Positions 53,017 to 61,717 of a DNA stretch of 64,000 nt are shown here, one piece after another. Position 1 is the stretch's first letter. Every line of letters starts with the position of its first letter. This stretch comes from Vicugna vicugna (lineage: Eukaryota): the NCBI GenBank assembly GCA_013265495.1, contig MU058781.1:4775050-4839049 (forward strand). Direction: 5' to 3'. The notes beneath the pieces were generated by a model. It searched no databases, was not told the DNA's origin, and saw nothing but the letters and a program-made list of their open reading frames with translations. The position numbers and the translations under genes are program-made.

Positions 53017-55878
53017 TATCTATCTATCTATTTATAAGTTTTTGATAAGCATGTCTGTTCATATACCATGAGTCTAATGAACTACGTTCACAGTTTGTGT
53101 ACTGTGTGTGTATGTGAGAATTTATTGTTGTATTTAAAATTTACAACGTTAACCATGTGTAAAATTGGTATGATCATAAATTACCCAGTTTAGTATTGAT
53201 TTGTATAGAAACATAGAATAGTAGATTTGGGAGGGTCTTTAGGTCAGTCTCCTTTTTCACAAATGAAGAAAGTAAGGCCTAACAAAGTGACTTATCCAAG
53301 GTCACAAAAAAAGCTGAGACTAAACCCACAGCCTTCAGATTCCCAGTACAATCTTGTCTGTAAGCTGTACTGTGTTAAATAACCACTCTGATTTTATAGC
53401 TTTTCTCTTTGTACCTGTATTTTTGTCTACAATCATAAAGGCCTAAAATCCTCCAGGTACCATACCCTGTTTAAAAGTCCTCACCTCCCTTGGCTTATGC
53501 ACACACACCCATGGACACAAAAAGTCATCGTCATTTTGTAAGAATAAAGGCCAGATTCTGACAACCTGGGTACCCTTGCCTTGACCTAGGTTTCCTAGAC
53601 TTTACCCAGATTCAGTGCCTCTCCCCTGTTTCTCATCCCATGCTCTTTTCCTGTCTGAGGATGGTTGGGTTCTGCTTTGCTTATTCAGAAGGGCTGCAAG
53701 GAACTAGACAGGGGTAAGTACAGAGGAAGGGGAGCATTATAAGCAGGCACTGGGTGCTCTTTGGAATAATGGATGAATGAATGAATGAATGAATAAATTA
53801 ACAAATGAAAGGAGAGAAAGGAAAAAAATTAACAAGGAGAAGAGGCTGACTTGGATTCTCGTTATACATGAGTCTTGGGGCTGGGGCTGGGTAGATGGGG
53901 ATTGGAGGTAAGAATGGGGCCTCTTCTGCAATCTGCTGGGAGGCTCGACACCAGAACCGCTCATGGTCAGCCCTGAGTGGAGTGGAGCCCAAAGATCCCC
54001 TACTACCTTCAAATGTCTTCCCTGACATTCCTTTCCAAAGGGAAAACTCTTAGTGCTTTGTGTGCATGCTTTGAGGACAGGGTCTGTGTTTTATTCGATT
54101 TTACATCCTAAGTAAATGTTAAATAATTTTTTTTTAATGAATGCTTGACAACTGTAGGAAAGATAAACATCTGGACATTGATAATCCACCGATTTCTAGT
54201 CACAGTATAACTGGTGACATCCAAATCTCTTCTGTTTTACTATAGGCATGTATGTGTGTAGGATCAGAAAGAAAGATGGTCCTGGATTTCTGTAAAGGTA
54301 AGGATGAATCTGGGGTTTTGGAAACATTAAGGTTGCAGAAAACAATACAAACCCTGTAGATGTGACAGTTTTACAGGAGATAGGCCCTGTTTTTGTTGAG
54401 CAGCATATGCGGTCATAGGAGCTGTGGGCAGAGTGTCTAATATGAAGATTAACCAACATCTTGGAGTGGGTTATGTCTGTGAAAACCTCCAACTGTGGAA
54501 GTTGGGGTGAATGAGAGCATGTAGCTCTGGACTGAGCTAGACTTATCTGGAATCCAGTGCACCCCTAGGCTTCTGACTGGGGAAAGGGTGCTTTTCTCCC
54601 ACCTTACTCACTTCTGTGGCCCTACAGAGTGAAAAGCTAATGATTTCTGTGGTGGGCGTGACTGCTTTTGCTTTTTTGCAGCTCTGAATTTTTTTTTTCC
54701 CCACCCCTTCTGATCAAAAATTGTGCTCTACTCCTATGTCCATGGTGGGAAACAAGATTTTCCTTTGGAGCTACCTTTGCTGGCTGCCAACAGAAGAAAC
54801 AAATGCTGATATGCATGGAAAGAGAACAGAAGGAAGGAGGGAGGGGGAAATGATGACATCATTTGTAACCCTGAAACTAGGACTCCGGATTCCCCAGTTA
54901 GATGACACAAACCTCTCCACCTCCTCTCTTTTTTTTTTTTTTTCCATTAGCCATTTTCATTGGGGTTTCGTTCAGTTGCAACAGAAGGCGTCCTGATTAA
55001 TATATTCCTTCCCTCTTTCCCTGCCTACTTGTAATCTTTGTGCCTCAGTTTCCTCATAATGATCCCCTGTAGTTTTGTTGATCATGGATAAGATTTTTTC
55101 CCCCCAAACACAGAGTACAGTATTATTATAAACAGTAACTTCTATTCTTAGGAACTGCAGGTTTCCCATCTTGGCTGCCTTACCAGAGTTTCTGAATCAG
55201 GGCCAGCTCTCTTTCAATAACACAAGACATAATCTAAGCAGAATAATAATGATAGTCCAAAAATTGTAGATAATCCAAAGAACCAGGGACATTCAGTGAC
55301 TTGTTTAAACGAGGTCCACAGTCAACCAGTATAAAATGCCATTTTATTGTATCTGGTTTGTGCTGCGGCATTTGAGTGAAGCTTGACAAATAAGACTGTA
55401 AATTCAGGGACAGGAAGCAGTGAGTAACGAAAAGAACTAATGTCTCCTTGACATCACTCACTCTTAAGACGGCTGTTTACTTCTGGGTTTACCTCCTAGC
55501 AGGTTTTAAAATACTCTTGCAAATCTCAGCTTGAAATAGCTGTTCTACCTTCTCTCAGTAGAAGCCCCCACCTTATAAGTACACTGGCTCATAGTTATTT
55601 ATAAACCTGATGTCAGTCAAAGATTATTTTTTACATCACTCCTCCTAACTCCCTTACCCCTACATACAAAGATAGACCTATATAAAATTAGAACCTTCAC
55701 ATTGAGTATTCAAGCACTTAAGTAAGAATTATTGTCAGTCAGCAATCATTTATGAAGCATCAATTCATCATATTGGGTGAAGTATGTCTCTAAGACTGTT
55801 CCACGGGTACCAGCTCCTTAAAACAAAGGCTTCTGTGGCCAAAGTAGTTTGGAAAGTTCTATGCCTCTGTGGGATTTT

Positions 55879-56012
55879 GTTTTCTTTTTGTTTTCTTGGT
55901 CAGGGGAGGTAATTAGGTTTATTGTTTATTTTTAGAGGAGGTACTGGCGATTGAACCCAGGACCTCCTGCGTGCCAGGCATGTACTCTACTACTTGAGCT
56001 AGTCCCTCCTGG
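55879..56012 (-). mobile_element. tRNA-Ala-derived SINE (Vic-1-like), more diverged
   Basis: GGTAATTAGGTTT tail and TTGAACCCAGGACCTC B-box region; degenerate TSD TGCCTCT...TTTT at 55862-55878 and 56014-56030. Confidence 0.85.
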
Positions 56013-56179
56013 CTGCCTCTTTAGGGTTTTAAAACTCTTCAGTAAAGTATCTGTGGGTGAGTTAGCAATTTCCAAATCTACTTCCTCAAAGCATTCTTTT
56101 CCTTCTGAATCTAGTAACATTTCATGGAATAATGCATCTTGGATCATATTTTGAAAAGCTAGGGAGGTGGCCAGCACAA

Positions 56180-56400
56180 GGGATGTGGAGCCAGGAGGCC
56201 TGGATTTGACTCCTGGCTCTGTCACCCTACTAGTTATATGACCTTGAGCAAATCATAACCTCTTAATATTTCATTTTCACATTGAAAGAGTGAGGCTGAT
56301 AAGACCTATCTTAATCTGAGTTGTTTTATGGGTTAAATTATATTACTATGACTGTGCTTTAAACCCCATAACAAGTTATATAAATGGAAGATATTACTAG
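56180..56400 (+). mobile_element. MIR SINE
   Basis: GGAGCCAGGAGGCCTGGATTTGACTCCTGGCTCTGTCACC...TGACCTTGAGCAAATCATAACCTC. Confidence 0.7.
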
Positions 56401-57769
56401 ATATCACAGAGAAATGTAAGGTTGTATTAGGCAGTTAATAATGTACAAGTGTAAAGAAATTTGCCCTAGCAATCCTTACTCAACAATTGTGTATGTAAGT
56501 CTACTTAGGGACCAGCACTGAGAGGGGAACAAGGAGGTTCAGTACAAAGGTCAAAGTATGATGAGAGCATGTTGGATCCAGAAATTTCTTTGGTGATAAT
56601 TGAATTTAACCTCTCATTTTATAGATGATAAAGTGGAGGCCCACAGGGGTCAGATGAATTGATGAAGCTCACTCGGAGAGTTAATAGTAGGCCGAGGGAC
56701 GGGCGTCATTGCCAAGGGCTGCCTCAATATGAAAATTTCAGTCTAATTAGGAGAGACAGGATACACAAATGACATAATTAGAAAACAATACAACATGGAA
56801 CATAATTTTAAAGCTCAAAAAATGTGTCTGATGGTAGCCTTGTGAGGCGAGAGTTTTTTTAACCAGCTTGACTGTAATGGTCATTTCCAAATGAATATGC
56901 ATACTCGAATATCATGATGTACACCTTAAATACATGTGATTTTTACTTTTTTAAAATGTGGCTGAAGTAACAGGAGCACTGAGAATTCAGCAGTGAGTAA
57001 GCCAAGTAGCCAGGTTGAATTGGAGATAGGACTGGAGCTGAGGCCTTAACAAGTATACAGCACTCTGCCGAATTTGGGTACTGTAAGAGGAAAAACAGTG
57101 GTATTCCAAAAAGAGGAACTGGAGAGGATAGTCAACAGACTAAAATGGCTGGTAAAAGTCTGTAATAGTCAGACATTATAGTTTTGGTGAAGTACTCCTG
57201 GGTGAGCATTTTCTGGACCCTTCCAAATTCTAAGAAGTTTCTGGAGCTTTGGGGAGGGTATGAGAAGCGGACAACATGGTCTGACTTTAGAAAGCTTATT
57301 TTTTATTTGGAGAGAAGAGGTGGGAACATAAGACAAAACTGGAGAATGTAAGCAAGTAAGTACACAATACAAAGAGGGGAAAGAAAGGCAGGATTTCTGG
57401 AGCATACGAAGCTTGAATTACTTCTCAGGAGAACCATGGATATGATTGGTGTTTGGAAGCACCTATATCATCCCCTGCATTAAAGAGGGAAATTTCAATA
57501 TGCATATAATACAGGACCGTGGATTATTCCTCTGTACTTGGTCTTTATTAACTTTTTACTTCCTTCCTTGTCATTTCTTATAGGAAATCAAACAGGGACT
57601 AGAACACTTGATTAAACATGACTGCCCATAGAGATCTGGACGCAGAATAGTGAGTGCCTGCTCTTATTTGTGTCTGATGATTTGCTACCTCTTCCTCATT
57701 CACTACCGTTGTGTTGCCATTCTTCCTACAGTGGATAACTGATCTAATTAAGAGCATAAAAGGTAAGAT

Positions 57770-58480
57770 TAAGGAATGACTTCTAGACTCTACCCTGTTA
57801 GTCACCATGTCCTCCAGCGAAAAAGTTACCAAGTCCTGTGGACTTTTGACATTCTAAATATTTCTCAGCCTCTTCACTGCTCTCTCTGCTATTTCCTCTG
57901 CTGCTGGATTCAGATCATAACCATTTCTCACCTCATTTATGCAATAACATTGCAATTCCCTGCCTCCTGCCTCTCTTTTCTTCAGTCCTCAATTTCATCT
58001 CTCACAATCGAAATTACTTTTCAAAAACACAGATTCACTTTGTACCTCTAGTGAAATCCTTCTGAGCTTCTTTTTAGCCTATAGGCAAAGTCCAAACTCC
58101 TTTGGCTGGGAGACTGAACCTTTCAGGTTCTAGCTCCTGCCCACCTCTTGGTTTCATATTTAGTCACTCCTAAACAAAAAATGAGTCCCATCCATTATGT
58201 GTGGTTCCTTTTTTAAGGTCTCATGATTTTTTTTTTTTTTTCATGTTGGAGAGTTGCTTGGCTTACTTCAAACTGCTGAACTCCTACTCAGCCTTCAAAA
58301 CGCCTTCATTCCTGGTCACTTCAGCTATGCGTTCTCTCTAGCACCTTTTCCATTGTGCAAATACAGCACTTTTTAGAGGTATCATCATGGATTATAGAGC
58401 CTGCCTTCTCTACTGGGCTGTGTGTTGCCTAACAAAGGACTTTTGGGCTCCCTTGCTCCGGTATGAGGACACTGCTGGCA
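57770..58480 (+). mobile_element. LINE-2 fragment
   Basis: ACCAAGTCCTGTGGACTTT...CCATTTCTCACC...AAAGTCCAAACTCCTT...AACTCCTACTCAGCCTTCAA. Confidence 0.6.
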
Positions 58481-60577
58481 AACAGGCCCTGCAGAAGCAA
58501 GGTACTTAGTGAGGTCTTCCCCCACCCTCCCATCCCCAACTCCACAACTTGCAAAGGTCGACAGAAGTGCTGTGAGGGGTTAAAATCATCAGGAGAAAGA
58601 GTGAATTAGAAAATGAAAAACAGAGGAGGAAAAAGACAGGAAAGTTAATATATGGCCTTGCCAAGATGGTTGGGAAAGGAAGTTTATCAGGAGACAGTTA
58701 CTTCCACAATAGGAAAGGCTTTCAACTGCTAAAAAGGCCAATCCGTTTTCCTTTTAAGGGAAAACAACACTGTTATCCAAATCTTTTGGAAATGAGCAAA
58801 TTCCTTCCTTTTCTCTTCAGCTTCACCTAGAAAGGTTTTCAAAATGTGGTGACCTGGAGTTGGTAGCCCAGCACGGGAGTTCACAGGCCCTGGACAGCCT
58901 CAGGGGCTGGCTAAGGGAAGCTGGAAGAAACCCACCTTTGTTCTTTAATATTTTACCTGGGGAATGACAGATCTAACATTAAACCTCCTGAAAGCTGGTT
59001 AAAACCCTAACAGTGTGGAGAACTGGAGACCTCTAGCATGCAGGTCATAATGATCAGAAAGTCTTTTGAAACCATTTCGTTGTAACCTAACCATGGAGTC
59101 ACTTGGGTGGCCAATATGGAAACGAAGAGTCTGTTCTGTTTGGTCTTGCGAGCAAACGGCACGAGCAAACAAGTTTTACCATATGAAGGCACAGAAGGTC
59201 ACTTATTTTTCTGATTGTTAAATGAACACATGCCAAATGATTTCAATTTAGAAAGCAGTTTCTTTTTTAAGGTAAAATAATAATTAAAAAGCATTTAAAA
59301 ACGGCGTTTTATTTCGTTTACCAAAAGCTTCCAATAACGTGTCTGGTTCTTAGCTGGGTGAACATGATTATATAATCCTCCTCACACAAGGTTTGATGAT
59401 TATTAATCTGCAGATGAAACTGACCAGCTCAGAGAGGCCACCGGGTACCTTTTGGGAAGGGACCCAGGGGTGATTTGAATACAGGTCTTACCTCCAGTTT
59501 CTGAGACCTTTCCAGACACCAGGTTCTCTCTTCAAACCCTGCTGCAGATAAAACCTAACAATTGTGATACTTTCGAGGTAAGGGGAACCTGAGGGATGGG
59601 AAGGAGGCCTGAATGTATAGGAATGACTACGAGGGCGCACTTATCCCATTTTTCATTTCTTAAAAGGATTGCCTGAGAGGAGATCATTTAAAACACGACT
59701 TCTGTAAAACCAAGGTGAAAACAAGGAAATTAACAATGCAGAATGGCTCCGAGAAAGACTTGACGAAGTTGTTAATAAGGCGAAGGCCGGAAGAGATTCA
59801 CCAGGGCCTCCTACTTCATTTATATCAACGATTAAATAAGCACAACAGGGGGCAGAGGCAGGTATAAAGCGGGCTCTCGCGTGGCTGCGGCGGTTGATAT
59901 TCCGGGCACTCGGTGTTCCAGATGCTTCCTTACGGTTTGCCTGTCTGTGTGGCTCGGGCTCCATATTCCACTCGTTTCCCCCTCAACGTTTTAATCTCGC
60001 TCACAGGTACCCCAGACGCAGAAGGCGCCGGGACCGGCGATCTCTCTAAAAACGGTGGTCTTTTGTAGGAGGCGGCAGCCAGGGCTTCCCTTTTGGGGTC
60101 CCCAACCCACCCCACGCCGGCCTCGCCCGCCGGGCCGCGGCGGGAGGTGGCCTTTCCGTGCGTTGGGGCGCGGGCAGAGGTGACCTCGGGCTCCCCCGAG
60201 CCCGACCGCGGCACGCTCCATGCGAAGACGCGAAGCGGTGTCCTGAGGTGACACCGGCTGCGCCGCCGAGGCAGCAGGCGCCGCCGATCAACTAGTTCGC
60301 ACAGAGGATTCCTCTTGGTGCGTGGCCCAGTTTTCCTTAGGACGGGCTCCAACCCCTCGCCGACACCGCCCCCCGCGCCGCCACGCTCCGAGGCCTTCCC
60401 CCGGGACGCCGCGCGTCCCTCCCCCGCCACTCGGCGGGGGCCGGCGCGCGCGCGATTCCTCGATTCCACAGGCGGTTCGCGCCGCGGGTGGGGGCGGGGC
60501 GCGCGGGGAGGGGGCCGGCCGCCGCGGGGGGAGGGGGACCGCGGCCGCAGGAGTTGAGTGACAGACTTGCGGGGCAG

Positions 60578-60647
60578 GCTGGGAATTGTAGTTCCCAGAT
60601 CCCGTGGCCATAGCCATTTTGTAGTCGGGGGACTACAACTTCCAGAA
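60578..60647. promoter_or_regulatory. Cluster of ACTACA-type (ZNF143/THAP11-HCF1) motifs plus a YY1 site
   Basis: GCTGGGAATTGTAGT (60578-60592) is the reverse complement of ACTACAATTCCCAGC. Also GCCATTTT (YY1 core, 60613-60620), TGTAGT (60620-60625) and GACTACAACTTCCAGAA (60631-60647). Confidence 0.75.
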
Positions 60648-61079
60648 GATCAAGGGGACCATTCTAAGGTGCCCCGGGAATAGGCGGCTCTCCCCGAGGC
60701 CGGGCGTCCTGGGGCACTGGCACCCAGTAGCCCGGCTGCAGGTAGACATGAGGGCAGTGGCGGGGGCTAGCGCGTGGCGGCTGTGGGGTGAGCGGCAAGC
60801 TGGGGAAAGGGGGTGAGGTGGAGCGACCGAGCGTGCCTTGCATTGAGCTAGGGAGCCTCTCTCAATTCCACTCCTAGGCTCGGCGTGGGAGCGATGCCTG
60901 GGGGGTAGCCCGGGAAGGGTGAGTCGAGGCCTCATGGCGTGTCACGTCGGTGGGGCTGCGAGAGTCCTCTGGGCTGGGCCAGGGGTGATCGGCGCCGGAG
61001 TAGGCAGGCGCCTGGTGGCTCAGCTGTGGGAGTTTTCGGCTAGCGTCCGGTGGGGAATTACCCGAGGAGCCCTAACTTG

Positions 61080-61135
61080 TATAAAAGCAGAGTCCATTTA
61101 AAGTTGGGCTGGATAGCCTCTCTCTCATTGGTTAG
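61080..61135 (+). promoter_or_regulatory. TATA-like box and inverted CCAAT (NF-Y) box
   Basis: TATAAAAG at 61080-61087; CATTGGTTA (reverse TAACCAATG) at 61126-61134. Confidence 0.45.
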
Positions 61136-61672
61136 GGGGCTTGGAAAAAAGAGACTCGGCGAGCCCTCGCTGTGGTGCTGCCGCCGCCGCCGCCGCCGCC
61201 GCTGGAGTTGACTCTTCTGCTCGCACTGCTGCTGCAGCACAAACGTGACTTCCAACATTTTTTATTTATCTTTCCCTTTTCTTTTCCAAGATGTAACTAC
61301 AGATCAGACACTAAGGACCTTCACGTTTCGCGGATGTAGTTTTTGGAGGAAAAAGGGGGGGAGTGAAGGGCGTCGGTTTTTTTTTGTGTGTGTGTGTGTG
61401 TTTCGGGGGAAATTTTCCATTATGAGTGTTTTACTAAAGTGAATTTTTTTTTGTTGTTTGCTTCGTTCGTCTTTGGCTTTTTTTTTCTTTCCCAATTTCG
61501 GATTTATTTCAAGGCGAATCGGGCTTTGGGGGAAGAGGAAGAAAAGTCGGATTACAAGATCAACCACCACCAACAACAATAAAAACCACCGGGATATTTT
61601 TTTGCAAATTTCTGACGGCTTTAAATTCATGAAGCAATTGTCCCCTTTTGCAATCAGCATTTGGATCTCAGA
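61110..61672 (+). other. JARID2: JARID2 exon 1 5' leader (TSS not determinable; start approximate)
   Basis: Lies between the promoter motifs (TATAAAAG 61080-61087, ATTGG 61127-61131) and the JARID2 ATG. Contains (GCC)7, U-rich and TG tracts and four upstream ATGs. Confidence 0.6.
61180..61200 (+). repeat. (GCC)7 trinucleotide repeat
   Basis: Seven uninterrupted GCC units flanked by GCT. Confidence 0.95.
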
Positions 61673-61717
61673 ATGAGCAAGGAAAGACCCAAGAGGAATA
61701 TCATTCAGAAGAAATAC
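61673..61717 (+). CDS. JARID2: JARID2 (Jumonji, AT-rich interactive domain 2) coding exon 1; 15 codons, phase-0 donor
   Basis: ATG AGC AAG GAA AGA CCC AAG AGG AAT ATC ATT CAG AAG AAA TAC = MSKERPKRNIIQKKY, which matches the mammalian JARID2 N-terminus as I recall it. It is followed immediately by the consensus donor GTAAGT (61718-61723) and lies downstream of a CpG island. Confidence 0.97.

Larger units (their letters stand above)
59860..61340. promoter_or_regulatory. CpG island / main JARID2 promoter
   Basis: Sharp rise in GC and CpG density, GC boxes (GGGGCGGGG near 60491), ZNF143-type motifs, and TATA-like and inverted CCAAT elements upstream of exon 1. Confidence 0.9.

Noticed and set aside
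59842..59855. CTCF-like ACAACAGGGGGCAG at the island edge
   Set aside because: Two mismatches in the 5' part of the core; cannot be distinguished from chance without ChIP data.
59930..60935. Long Arg/Gly/Pro/Ala-rich ORFs on both strands (up to 179 aa)
   Set aside because: Expected from stop-codon scarcity in a CpG island; no recognisable protein similarity.
61578..61583. AATAAA in the JARID2 leader as a premature poly(A) signal
   Set aside because: It lies in a CAA/A-rich low-complexity run just upstream of a strong donor that would normally suppress it; no other support.
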